Assembly: GCA_026225395.1 (NCBI GenBank)
Contig: JAMFSR010000004.1
Coordinates: forward strand, 41,837-105,836
Direction: 5' to 3'
Origin: Granulicella sapmiensis
GTDB lineage: Bacteria; Acidobacteriota; Terriglobia; Terriglobales; Acidobacteriaceae
Length of the DNA stretch: 64,000 bases
The notes beneath the pieces were generated by a model that saw only the letters and a list, made by a program, of their open reading frames with translations, did no database searches and was not told where the DNA came from. Of the stretch, positions 28,020-37,117 are shown piece after piece (the first letter of the stretch is position 1; each line of letters begins with the position of its first letter). A program made the position numbers and the translations under genes.

Positions 28020-28928
28020 ATGGTGACACTCGTACGACCAAGACGTCTGACCACAAACAGGCTTCCGCCTCAGGTCATTCATGAAACGAACCTCCGGAAT
28101 CAGAACTGCACTTATTGCTCTTCCACTCCTGCTCTATACGTTTCTCGGCTGCGGCAAAGACCTCTTCACTCTTGCGACAGGCGTCCTTCGTCTCCCACCA
28201 CCCCAAACACCCCCATTCCCAGCAACTGGATCATCAGCGGTTTCTACAGACCGACTCCGGACACTCTAACCTCGTATAACTTCTTCGGCTCGATGGTCAA
28301 CAACGGCGGCCAGCTCAGTGGCGTTTTCCACTCTCTCACAAGTTGCTTCGACCAGGGGTACGAGGACATTCCCTACACCGGCACGCTGGACAGCAATAAC
28401 AATCTGAGCATCGCCTCCTCTTCCGTCGACGGACAGGTCCTTACCTTCAACGGCAAGCTCGCTGCCGATGGTGCATCGATTACAGGAGGCTCGTTCACCA
28501 TTCTCGGCGGATGCAGCGGCACTATCGTTAGCGTCACGTTCGAAGACGGTCCCGGAGCCTACGTGCAAACCACGGCAATGCGCCTGCCCGGCATCACCGG
28601 CAACTGGGCAACCACGGCTGTTTCGTCTCCCGGCCTCATGCTCACCGAGCAGCTCGCGGAATCTTCCACACCCGATGCACATGGAGACTTCGCTCTCACT
28701 GGCGCCGTCACCGTTCAAGGCTCGACCTGCTTCACCCAGGGTACGATCCAATCCGGAAGCTACCTTACCGGGTACATTGGGCGCCAAATCATTCTTATGA
28801 ATGACGGTTCCACCCTGGACGCGACCCTCAATCTCTCGTACGGTTCCAACGTCACCCCTGGCTTCCTCCTCACCGGCGTCATTTCAGGAGGTAACTGCAA
28901 CGGAAACGTCACCCTCAATCTCCAGTAG
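28020..28928 (+). CDS. Hypothetical secreted beta-rich protein; the probable lipoprotein signal peptide lies in another frame (possible frameshift or pseudogene)
   Basis: The body from ~28220 looks like real protein (Gly/Ser/Thr/Asn-rich strands, paired Cys). The N-terminal part of this frame is non-hydrophobic. ORF 28081..28269 in the adjacent frame encodes MKRTSGIRTALIALPLLLYTFLGCGKD (lipobox). Confidence 0.5.
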   Translation: MVTLVRPRRLTTNRLPPQVIHETNLRNQNCTYCSSTPALYVSRLRQRPLHSCDRRPSSPTTPNTPIPSNWIISGFYRPTPDTLTSYNFFGSMVNNGGQLSGVFHSLTSCFDQGYEDIPYTGTLDSNNNLSIASSSVDGQVLTFNGKLAADGASITGGSFTILGGCSGTIVSVTFEDGPGAYVQTTAMRLPGITGNWATTAVSSPGLMLTEQLAESSTPDAHGDFALTGAVTVQGSTCFTQGTIQSGSYLTGYIGRQIILMNDGSTLDATLNLSYGSNVTPGFLLTGVISGGNCNGNVTLNLQ

Positions 28929-28977
28929 CCTACGGCCTCGTCGCACGTTCAGCTCCAATCGTGAAACAATAAAACCG

Positions 28978-30306
28978 ATGCCTATTACCGTTCCTGTGGC
29001 CGAAAACCTCGCCACCACTGCCTCCACTCCGCATCCACGCGACATCCGCCAGACCACGCTCCCCAACGGCCTCCTGGTCCTCACCGAGCGCATGCCTTAC
29101 GTCCGCTCCGTCGCCATGGGTGTCTGGATCGACTGCGGCTCCCGCGACGAGACGCCCGAAACCAATGGCATCTCTCACTTCATCGAGCACATGGTCTTCA
29201 AGGGCACCACTACCCGCTCGGCCAAGGACTTCGCCCGCGAGATCGACGCCATCGGCGGCAACCTCGACGCCTTCACAGGCAAAGAGACTATCTGCTTCAA
29301 CATCAAGGTGTTGGACGAAAATGTTCCAGCCGCGCTCGACCTTCTGACCGACCTCGTCCTGCACCCCACCTTCGCCCCAGACGACATCGCCAAGGAACAG
29401 GGCGTCATCCTCGAAGAGATCAAAATCGACGAAGACAGCCCCGACTACCTCGTCCACGAGCTCTTCACGCAGAACTTCTGGAAGGGCGACGCCCTAGGCC
29501 GTCCCATCCTCGGCACCGCCAAGACCGTCTCCAGCTTCACCCAGCAAATCGTTCTCGACGAGTACGCCCGCCGCTTCACACCGCCCAATATGGTCTTCTC
29601 CGCGGCCGGCAATTTGGACCATGAAGATTTCGTAGCGCAGGTAGCCCAGGCCTTCAACTCGCTCAGCGCAAGCTCCGGTGAAAAAATCGCCAAGCACGCC
29701 GCGCCCAAGGCCTTCCCGCACATCACCCTCAAGAACAAGAAGTCTCTCGAGCAGGTTCAGTTCTGCCTCGCCATGCCTTCGCTTCCCGTCTCGCACTCCG
29801 ACCGTTTCGGCATCCACCTGCTGAATTCAATCCTTGGCGGCGGCATGAGCTCGCGGCTCTTCCAGTCCATCCGCGAAGACCGCGGCCTTGCCTATTCGAT
29901 CTACTCGGAAATGAACCCCTTCCGCGATACCGGTTCGCTGGCCGTCTACGCCGGTTGCGCCGTCGACAAAACCCGCGAAGTCCTCGCCCTCACGCTCGCC
30001 GAGTTCACCCGCATGAAGACCGAGCTCGTCACCGACGAGGAGCTCAAGCGCGCCAAGGATCAGTCCAAGGGCAACATGGTGCTGGGCCTGGAAAGCTCCG
30101 GCTCGCGAATGTCCAACCTCGCCCGCCAGCAGATGTACCACGGTCGCTTCTATTCGGTCGACGACATCACCGCCGAAATCGACTGCATCACCGCCGCAGA
30201 CGTCCAGCGCCTGGCGCAGCAACTCCTGCTCTCAGAGAATATGGCGCTCACCCTACTCGGCAACCTCGGCACCCTGAAGATCGAGCGCGGCGATCTGGCC
30301 TGCTAA
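28978..30306 (+). CDS. M16 family (pitrilysin/insulinase-like) zinc metallopeptidase
   Basis: HxxEH zinc motif in GISHFIEHMVFKGT and a downstream EIDAIGGNLDAFT segment. Start trimmed to ATG 28978 (MPITVPV), after the upstream gene ends. Confidence 0.85.
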   Translation: MPITVPVAENLATTASTPHPRDIRQTTLPNGLLVLTERMPYVRSVAMGVWIDCGSRDETPETNGISHFIEHMVFKGTTTRSAKDFAREIDAIGGNLDAFTGKETICFNIKVLDENVPAALDLLTDLVLHPTFAPDDIAKEQGVILEEIKIDEDSPDYLVHELFTQNFWKGDALGRPILGTAKTVSSFTQQIVLDEYARRFTPPNMVFSAAGNLDHEDFVAQVAQAFNSLSASSGEKIAKHAAPKAFPHITLKNKKSLEQVQFCLAMPSLPVSHSDRFGIHLLNSILGGGMSSRLFQSIREDRGLAYSIYSEMNPFRDTGSLAVYAGCAVDKTREVLALTLAEFTRMKTELVTDEELKRAKDQSKGNMVLGLESSGSRMSNLARQQMYHGRFYSVDDITAEIDCITAADVQRLAQQLLLSENMALTLLGNLGTLKIERGDLAC

Positions 30307-30426
30307 CTGCGATATCCGGGTGGCCGTATTTCGCCAAACCGGCGTCTACCCTCTGTTCGAGCGAACCGTCTATACTCTGTACCTGTCAGAACACCAGCGC
30401 TCAAGCGCACCCCTTCGAGGACCACC

Positions 30427-30936
30427 ATGCTCAAAACCCAGCAAAAGCGCTCCACAGAATCCGGCTTCACCCTGATCGAACTCCTGATCGTTATGTCGAT
30501 CATCCTCATCCTGGCCACCCTCGCCATCCCGGCCATGCAGAACTCCATCAAGAAGGCCAACCAGACTTCGGCCATCGCTTCGCTCAAGGACATCGCCGCC
30601 CAGGAGAATAACTACAACTCCGACTACCCCACCCACGGTTTTGCCTGCTCACTGGCCGCGCTCGGCGGCAAACCTGGCACCGGTGCGCCCTCGTCCGATG
30701 CCGCACAGCTCATCCCCGAAGAGCTTGCCGCGGGTAACAAGTCCGGCTACACCTTCGCCATCACCAACTGCAACAAGATCACGGTCAACAACCAGGACCA
30801 GATCACCGGTTACACCGTCACTGCCGTTCCGAACTCCGTCGGACACTCCGGCGACCGCGGCTACTGCACCGACGAGAACGGCCAGATCCACTACGACCCC
30901 AAGGGCGGCACCAACTGCACCGAGCTGCTGCAGTAA
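30427..30936 (+). CDS. Type IV pilin (prepilin-type N-terminal cleavage/methylation domain)
   Basis: Leader MLKTQQKRSTESG followed by FTLIELLIVMSIILILATLAIP. C-terminal Cys pair (CTDENGQIHYDPKGGTNC). Confidence 0.85.
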   Translation: MLKTQQKRSTESGFTLIELLIVMSIILILATLAIPAMQNSIKKANQTSAIASLKDIAAQENNYNSDYPTHGFACSLAALGGKPGTGAPSSDAAQLIPEELAAGNKSGYTFAITNCNKITVNNQDQITGYTVTAVPNSVGHSGDRGYCTDENGQIHYDPKGGTNCTELLQ

Positions 30937-30954
30937 AACTGCTGCCGGAGCCGA

Positions 30955-30988
30955 CAAGGGCCGTCCCCGGACGGCCCTTGTGCTTTCG
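30955..30988 (+). terminator. Rho-independent terminator after the pilin gene
   Basis: CAAGGGCCGTCC/GGACGGCCCTTG arms (10-12 bp GC-rich stem, small loop) followed by TGCTTTCG. Confidence 0.6.
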
Positions 30989-31006
30989 TCGTCATCCTAG
31001 AGTGAA

Positions 31007-31693
31007 GTGAAGGATCTCCGAATTTTGTTCCTACAACCCCGCAATCTAAACCGTCGATCCGTTGCATCGTTTCTGTTGGCGTTTTCTACATGCGTTCTCC
31101 ACGCGCAAGCCCCCACCGCTGCATCGCTAGCCAAGATCGTCGATGCCCATTACAACCACCTGCAATCCCTGCAGGCCCATTACACCGAGCGTTACCAGAG
31201 CATGGGTCTCGACCGCTCCGAGACCGGCACACTCACCCTCAAGAAGCCCGGTCGCATGCGCTGGGTCTACGACTCCCCCGCCGGCAAGCTCTTCCTGCTC
31301 GACGGCCACTCCGCCATCACCTACACCCCCGGCGACGCGCAAGCCACCCGCATCCCCGAAAAACAGCTCGACGATCTCCGCAGCCCGCTGCGTTTCCTCC
31401 TCGGCCACACAGAGCTTGCCAAAGAGCTCGACAACCTCACCCTCACCCCTGTCAGCGCGGGCGTCTACACGCTCTCCGGCACGCCCAAAGGCATGCAACA
31501 ACGCCTCCACTCGCTCGCACTAACGGTCAACGCAGCAGGCCAAATTCAAACCATGCGCATCGAAGACACCGACGGCGCCACCACAACCTTCACCTTCACC
31601 GGCATGCACGAAAACATCCCCACCACCGACACAGACTTCACCTTCACCCCACCACCAGGCATTCCAATCCTCAACGGAACCAACCCGATTTGA
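31007..31693 (+). CDS. LolA-like outer-membrane lipoprotein carrier family protein
   Basis: GTG start and a signal peptide (SFLLAFSTCVLHAQA). GTLTLKKPGRMRWVYDSPAGKLFLLDG matches the LolA family core pattern. Confidence 0.7.
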   Translation: MKDLRILFLQPRNLNRRSVASFLLAFSTCVLHAQAPTAASLAKIVDAHYNHLQSLQAHYTERYQSMGLDRSETGTLTLKKPGRMRWVYDSPAGKLFLLDGHSAITYTPGDAQATRIPEKQLDDLRSPLRFLLGHTELAKELDNLTLTPVSAGVYTLSGTPKGMQQRLHSLALTVNAAGQIQTMRIEDTDGATTTFTFTGMHENIPTTDTDFTFTPPPGIPILNGTNPI

Positions 31694-31700
31694 GGGCGAG

Positions 31701-31807
31701 CAGTGAATAGTGAATAGTGAATAGTGAATAAGACAAAAACAAAGGCCCGCAGTCGATCAAGACGCGGGCCTTTACTTTATTCACTATTCACTACTCACTA
31801 TTCACTG
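31701..31807. terminator. Nested palindrome between convergent genes: four GTGAATA heptamers and their inverted copies flank a GC-rich hairpin (probable bidirectional terminator)
   Basis: Left arm CA(GTGAATA)x4AG at 31701-31732. Inner hairpin AAAGGCCCGC...GCGGGCCTTT at 31741-31773. Right arm TTATTCAC TATTCAC TACTCAC TATTCAC TG at ~31777-31807. There is one mismatch in ~30 bp. The right arm overlaps the stop codon of the minus-strand gene. Confidence 0.6.
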
Positions 31808-32332
31808 AACTTCCACATGCCCCGCTTCCCCAATCTCAATCTTCCCTCCAGTAGCCGCCGCGAACGCGTACTTCGCCATCATCACAACCTTGCTGGACGA
31901 AGCCTCCCAGTAATCCGCCTCTGACACTTCCACACGCAGCACCGCGATCTCCGGATCATCCTCGCCCTTCGGAAACCATGCCTTGTACATCGGGTTCCAA
32001 AGCTCCTTGATCTTCGCCTTGTCCTGACTCGTAGCGGCAATACCCTTCAGCGAGATGTACTTGGAATCCTTCGGCTCCGCGAACGTCAACGTCACATCCT
32101 GGTCCTTCGCAATCTCGCCGATCTTCTCCGAGGTCACGCGCGTCAGAAACCACAGCGTTCCATCGAACGGCTTATCCTGCACCGCCATCGGTCGCGAACT
32201 CATCTTCCTGTCCGCGGCCACGGTCGTCATCATGCAGATGTGAATCCCCTTCACCAACTCGGAGATCTTCTCCATCCCCTCCTTGCCGCTCAGTTCCTTG
32301 TAATGCGCATCCCGATCATGTTTCTCACTCAT
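31802..32332 (-). CDS. Pyridoxamine 5'-phosphate oxidase family protein (general stress protein 26-like)
   Basis: 176 aa from ATG 32332 (MSEKHDRDAHYK...). Segments ICMMTTVAADRKMSSRPMA and KELWNPMYKAWFPKG are typical. The upstream part of the 312-aa ORF is R/G-rich, overlaps the GH20 gene start and was discarded. Confidence 0.75.
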   Translation of the reverse strand: MSEKHDRDAHYKELSGKEGMEKISELVKGIHICMMTTVAADRKMSSRPMAVQDKPFDGTLWFLTRVTSEKIGEIAKDQDVTLTFAEPKDSKYISLKGIAATSQDKAKIKELWNPMYKAWFPKGEDDPEIAVLRVEVSEADYWEASSSKVVMMAKYAFAAATGGKIEIGEAGHVEVQ

Positions 32333-32462
32333 AAGAACCACCTCGATCACTTCAGATGCAATGAGCTCCTCACCGAAGTTGTTGCCACGAGGATCAACTT
32401 TCGCCCCATCACAACCGCCCGACTTCCTATTTCCTGCCCTCCATTTCCTGTACCGTATTTTC

Positions 32463-34673
32463 ATGCGCTTCCGGTCCCTTGCCGCTCTTCTCCTCACCCT
32501 CCCAGCCACAGCCCAGACCCTCCATCTGATCCCGACGCCCAGGGCAGTCACCCCCGGCGCCACGCTGTCGCTCCCCACCGGCATTCGCATCGACTGCGCC
32601 AGCCCCTGCGACCCCGAAGACTCCTTCGCCATCGCCGACCTTCGCCAATCGCTCTCCGACCGCCACATCCCCACCACCGAAGCCCCCAACGCCCCGCACA
32701 TCCTCGTCGCCCGGTTCAGCACCAACATTGGCCGCGCCACCTACACCGAGTCGCTTCCACCCGCCCAGCAGGCCAGCAAGCCCACCGCTATGGGGCCCGA
32801 AATGGCCGCCGAAGGCTACGTCATCCTGCCCGACCCCAACGGAACCCGCGACTCCGGCCTCGTACTCACCGCCAACACCTCCGCCGGCATCTTCTACGCC
32901 CTCCAGACCATCAAGCAACTCATTATTGGAGATGGCGCGACGGCACAACTCCAGATCGCCACCATCCGCGACTGGCCCGCCATGCAGTACCGCGGCCTGC
33001 ACGACGATCTCTCCCGTGGCCCCATCGACACCCTCGACTTCCAGAAGAAGCTCATCCGCACCCTCGCCGCCTACAAGGACAACCTCTACTCCCCCTACTT
33101 CGAAACCACGCAGGCCTACGCCTCGAACCCTCTCGCCGCCGTCCCCGGCGCCGCCCTCACGGCAGACGACGCCCGCCAGCTCGTCGCCTACGCCCGCCAG
33201 TACCACGTCACCGTCGTCCCTGAGCAGGAAGCCTTCGGCCACCTCCGCCACATGCTCATCAACGAGCAGTACGCTGACGTCGCCGAAACCCCGCACGGTG
33301 CCGTCCTCTCCCCCGGCGCACCTGGCTCCATCCCCCTCATCCACAGCATGTTCACCGAGCTTGCACAGCTTTATCCATCGCCTTTCCTCCACGTCGGAGG
33401 CGACGAAACCATCGACCTCGGCCTCGGTCGCACCAAGGCCGACGTCGACGCCCGCGGCCTCGCGCCCGTCTACCTCGACTTCATCCAGCAGATCGTCGCC
33501 TCGCTCCAGCCGTTGCACCGCAAAATCCTCTTCTGGGGCGACGTCGCACAGGACGCCCCAGCCCTGGTCAAAGCCCTTCCACAATCCTTCAAAGACCAGA
33601 CCATCGCCCTCGCCTGGGGATACTCCCCCAACCCTAAGGGCTTCGCTTCGCAAATCAAGCCGTTTACCGACGCTGGCCTCGAAACCTGGGTCTCGCCCGC
33701 CATCAACAACTACCGCCAGGTCTGGCCCAACCAGCAGCAAGCCCTCGACGACATCCAGGAGTTCACCCGAGACGGCCAGCGCTACGGCGCTACCGGCCAG
33801 CTCAACACCCTTTGGGACGACGACGGCGAATCCCTCGCCAACATGAACTGGTACGGCATCCTCTTCGGCGCAGCCGCCGCCTGGCAGCCCGGCGAGAGCT
33901 CCATCCCCCAGTTCCAGCAGAGTTTCGGACAGGTTTTTCATGGCGATGCTACCGGTCTGATCAATCAAGCGCAGGATGAACTTACCGCCGCCATGTCATT
34001 GATTCACGACGATAAAATCGTCTCCGCCACCGAAGGCACTGACACCCTGTTCTGGGTCGACCCCTGGTCCAAAGATGGACAAGTCTTCGCCACCCGCATG
34101 CGCCCCATCTCACCGGCCCTGCGCCTCCACGCCGAGCATGCCATCGTCCTCGTCGCGCAGGCCCGCAACACCAACCCCAACCTCCGCGAGCAGGACGCAC
34201 TCGACGCCATGGACTTCGGCGCCCGCCGCATCGACTTCCTCGCCCTCAAATTCCAGCTCGCCGACGAAATGGCCGCCGGCTACGCCCAGGCCGTCGCCAC
34301 CATCCCCGCCGCCCTCGCCTTCAAACCAGGCACCGGCGCCCAGCGGCCCAAGCCCTCGGTCCCGGCGCTGCTCTCTGATATCAACGGCGTCAACGGCCGC
34401 CTCGAAGACCTCACCTACGGCTATGCCCAATTGCGCGACATGTTCCAGCAGCAGTGGCTCCGCACCTACCGTCCCGCTAACCTGACGCCCGTCCTCGAGC
34501 GCTTCGACTTCACCACGCAACTCTGGCTCTCACGCATCGACAAAGTCCGCTCCGCCCAGCGCCAGTGGACCGAAACCAAGTCGCTCCCCGCCGCCGCTGA
34601 TCTCGGCATCCCGGCTCCCGCTTTCGAAGCACCCGTTTCCATTCAGCTAGCCCCAGCAGTTTCTCCGAGGTAA
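32463..34673 (+). CDS. Glycoside hydrolase family 20 beta-N-acetylhexosaminidase (secreted)
   Basis: Signal peptide MRFRSLAALLLTLPATAQT, then LHLIPTPR. Catalytic-region motif FLHVGGDETIDLG (H-x-G-G-D-E). Start trimmed to ATG 32463. Confidence 0.8.
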   Translation: MRFRSLAALLLTLPATAQTLHLIPTPRAVTPGATLSLPTGIRIDCASPCDPEDSFAIADLRQSLSDRHIPTTEAPNAPHILVARFSTNIGRATYTESLPPAQQASKPTAMGPEMAAEGYVILPDPNGTRDSGLVLTANTSAGIFYALQTIKQLIIGDGATAQLQIATIRDWPAMQYRGLHDDLSRGPIDTLDFQKKLIRTLAAYKDNLYSPYFETTQAYASNPLAAVPGAALTADDARQLVAYARQYHVTVVPEQEAFGHLRHMLINEQYADVAETPHGAVLSPGAPGSIPLIHSMFTELAQLYPSPFLHVGGDETIDLGLGRTKADVDARGLAPVYLDFIQQIVASLQPLHRKILFWGDVAQDAPALVKALPQSFKDQTIALAWGYSPNPKGFASQIKPFTDAGLETWVSPAINNYRQVWPNQQQALDDIQEFTRDGQRYGATGQLNTLWDDDGESLANMNWYGILFGAAAAWQPGESSIPQFQQSFGQVFHGDATGLINQAQDELTAAMSLIHDDKIVSATEGTDTLFWVDPWSKDGQVFATRMRPISPALRLHAEHAIVLVAQARNTNPNLREQDALDAMDFGARRIDFLALKFQLADEMAAGYAQAVATIPAALAFKPGTGAQRPKPSVPALLSDINGVNGRLEDLTYGYAQLRDMFQQQWLRTYRPANLTPVLERFDFTTQLWLSRIDKVRSAQRQWTETKSLPAAADLGIPAPAFEAPVSIQLAPAVSPR

Positions 34674-34677
34674 CACT

Positions 34678-34995
34678 GTGCCAACGGTCGCTCCTGCGAT
34701 GACATGGCTTTGTATCGGCGCAGTCCTGCTCCTTGTCGGTATCATCAGGATCATTACATCGAAGGCATCCAGAAACTCGTGGAAACCGCTCCTGATCCCT
34801 CCCATAATGCTGATGACGAGCTTCCTCACCGCCAAACTATATTGGAACTTCGTCTATGACATCGTTACCGGCCATGCGTTGATCAGCACGAAAGCCACAC
34901 AGGATTTCATCGTTGGACTCTGCGGCGTGACCCCACCGCTCTTGGCATATTTTGTTTGGCGCACTACCAGAAGAAAGCAAGAACCCTCCGCATGA
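34678..34995 (+). CDS. Small hypothetical membrane protein (about 3 TM)
   Basis: 105 aa with a GTG start 5 nt after the GH20 stop. Its stop overlaps the nagA ATG (ATGA). Hydrophobic segments include WLCIGAVLLLVGIIRII, LLIPPIMLMTSFL and FIVGLCGVTPPLLAYFVW. The region is visibly less GC-rich than its neighbours. Confidence 0.4.
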   Translation: MPTVAPAMTWLCIGAVLLLVGIIRIITSKASRNSWKPLLIPPIMLMTSFLTAKLYWNFVYDIVTGHALISTKATQDFIVGLCGVTPPLLAYFVWRTTRRKQEPSA

Positions 34996-36191
34996 CCCAT
35001 ACCCTCACAGCCCGCCGCCTCATCACCGACATCGGCACCGTCGAGTTCCCTGTCCTCACCATCACCGACGGCCTCATCGCCGACATTTCGTCGGACCCGC
35101 AGGCCCTCGCCCACGAAACCGACACCCTCACCGCCGCTTTCTTCGACATCCACACCCACGGCGCCATGAACCACGACGTCATGCACGTCACCCCGGCCGA
35201 ACTCGGCGCAGTCCAACGCTTCCTCGCCACGCACGGCGTAGCCCACTACCTGCCAACCACGGTTACAGCACCCGTCGACACGACCCTGCGCGCCCTCGAA
35301 GCCCTCGCCAACGCCATCGACTCACCCACTGCCGAAAACGAAGCCACGCCCATCGGCATTCACCTCGAAGGTCCATTCCTTTCGCACGCCAAGCGCGGCG
35401 TCCATCCCATCGCCGACCTGCAACCACCGTCCATCGAGCTCTTCGACCGCTTCCAAACCGCCGCCCACGGCCACATCAAGCTAGTCACCATCGCCCCCGA
35501 ACCCAACGCCGCCAAGCCGTCTTCTGGACCCTTGGCCCCGGGCCCTGGGCCCTCAGCCGCCACCGACCTCATCGCCCACGCCACATCCCAGGGCGTCCGC
35601 GTCTCCCTCGGCCACTCCAACGCCACAGCCGCCGAGACCCTCCCCGCCATAGCCGCCGGAGCCTCCTCCGCCACCCACACCTTCAACGCCATGCGCTCCA
35701 TGGACCACCGCGAACCCGGCATCCTCGGCACAGTCCTCACCGACGACCGCCTCTTCGCCGAGCTCATCTGCGACGGCGTCCACGTCGCACCCGCCATGGT
35801 CCGCCTCTGGCTCCGTGCCAAAGGTCTCGACCGCGCCATCCTCGTCACCGACGCCATGTCCGCCGCCGGCATGCCCCCCGGCCCCTACACGCTCGCGGGC
35901 CAGCCCGTCACCGTCACCAACGACCGCGCCGTCCTCACCAACGCGCCCGAAACCCTCGCCGGCTCCATCCTCACCATGGACGCCGCCGTAGCCAACCTCC
36001 AAACCTTCACCGCAGCCTCGCTGGCCGAAGCCACCCGCCTCGCCACCCACAACCCTGCCGCGATGCTCGGCATCCCAGCCCTCACTCGCCTCGCACCCGG
36101 CAGCTCTGCCAACCTGAACCGCTTCAACGCCACCAACCAGCTAACCGCCACCTACCTCCGCGGCACCAAACTCCCAACCCCCAAACCCTAA
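34992..36191 (+). CDS. nagA: N-acetylglucosamine-6-phosphate deacetylase
   Basis: FFDIHTHGA, IGIHLEGPFLS, SLGHSNA, THTFNAM, DGVH. These are the canonical NagA metal and active-site motifs. Start at ATG 34992. Confidence 0.9.
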   Translation: MTHTLTARRLITDIGTVEFPVLTITDGLIADISSDPQALAHETDTLTAAFFDIHTHGAMNHDVMHVTPAELGAVQRFLATHGVAHYLPTTVTAPVDTTLRALEALANAIDSPTAENEATPIGIHLEGPFLSHAKRGVHPIADLQPPSIELFDRFQTAAHGHIKLVTIAPEPNAAKPSSGPLAPGPGPSAATDLIAHATSQGVRVSLGHSNATAAETLPAIAAGASSATHTFNAMRSMDHREPGILGTVLTDDRLFAELICDGVHVAPAMVRLWLRAKGLDRAILVTDAMSAAGMPPGPYTLAGQPVTVTNDRAVLTNAPETLAGSILTMDAAVANLQTFTAASLAEATRLATHNPAAMLGIPALTRLAPGSSANLNRFNATNQLTATYLRGTKLPTPKP

Positions 36192-36205
36192 CCCCCAAAA
36201 CCTGT

Positions 36206-37117
36206 CTACCCCCGTCGCGCAATCCAAAGCGCACCCTCCAGCGCATTCACCTCGCTCTGCGACACCGTCATCTCCGGCACCAGTTCCTTCAGCCTCTCGG
36301 TCATCGCCTCGCGCACCAGCGAAATCCTGCCCAACACACTCCCCGTAAAGCAAAGCCGTGTCACATCGCCCGCCTCGCACCGCACGATCCGCATCTTGCG
36401 AACCACCAGAGACACCTGCTCCGCCAGGTCCTCGCCCGCACGCTCCAAAACCCGCAGCGCCACGGGATCGCCATGTTCGGCGCCACTGGCTACCACCGTC
36501 GTCAGCTCCGCAAAGTTGGTCCGCTTGGAGTGGTTGGCCTTCGCCACCAACTCCCCCAGGCTCTTCAATCCCCAGAAACCCTGAATCTCTTCCAGCAAAT
36601 CCGTCGGCTGCCCACGGTCACGCGCCCGCAGCGCCGCCTTCACGGCCTCCAACCCGATCCAACCACCCGACCCCTCATCCCCAATCACCGGCCCCCATCC
36701 ACCTGCCGTCAACCGCGTCCCATCCGAACACCGCCCGATCACATTCGATCCCGTCCCCGCGATCACGAACACCCCCGGCCCACCCTGGAACGCGGCCTCC
36801 AGCGCAATCGCCTCATCCCCCAGCACCGCAACCTTGCCCGAGACCATCCCACGCAGCGTCTTCTCACCCCACTGCCGCACATTGTCGGCGCCGATACCCG
36901 CCAGCCCCATGCACGTCCGCGTAATCTCATCCGGCCCTACATGCGCCTCAATCGCCGCACCGCGCACCAGCTCCTGCAGCCGCCTGGTGGCGACTTCCTC
37001 GCCCACGCTCATCAGCTTCACCGTGCCACCGGTCGCGCTGGCCAGCACCCGCGTTTCGTCCGCAACCCAGCACTGTGTCTTGGTCCCACCTGCATCAATT
37101 GCAACAAACTTCGCCAT
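36206..37117 (-). CDS. BadF/BadG/BcrA/BcrD-type ATPase: N-acetylglucosamine (or MurNAc) kinase
   Basis: MAKFVAIDAGGTKTQCWV phosphate-1 motif, VIAGTGSNVIG, WGPVIGDEGSGGWIG. 303 aa. Confidence 0.8.
   Translation of the reverse strand: MAKFVAIDAGGTKTQCWVADETRVLASATGGTVKLMSVGEEVATRRLQELVRGAAIEAHVGPDEITRTCMGLAGIGADNVRQWGEKTLRGMVSGKVAVLGDEAIALEAAFQGGPGVFVIAGTGSNVIGRCSDGTRLTAGGWGPVIGDEGSGGWIGLEAVKAALRARDRGQPTDLLEEIQGFWGLKSLGELVAKANHSKRTNFAELTTVVASGAEHGDPVALRVLERAGEDLAEQVSLVVRKMRIVRCEAGDVTRLCFTGSVLGRISLVREAMTERLKELVPEMTVSQSEVNALEGALWIARRG

Noticed and set aside
30321-30335. Possible sigma-54 promoter (TGGCCGTATTTCGCC) upstream of the pilin gene
   Set aside because: The GG and GC elements are one nucleotide closer together than in the TGGCAC-N5-TTGC consensus, and the -12 element is poor. 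It is not supportable by eye.
31701-31807. Heptamer array as a CRISPR array or minisatellite
   Set aside because: The units are only 7 bp, have no spacers, and are arranged as an inverted pair around a hairpin. That is a palindromic terminator-like element, not a CRISPR array.
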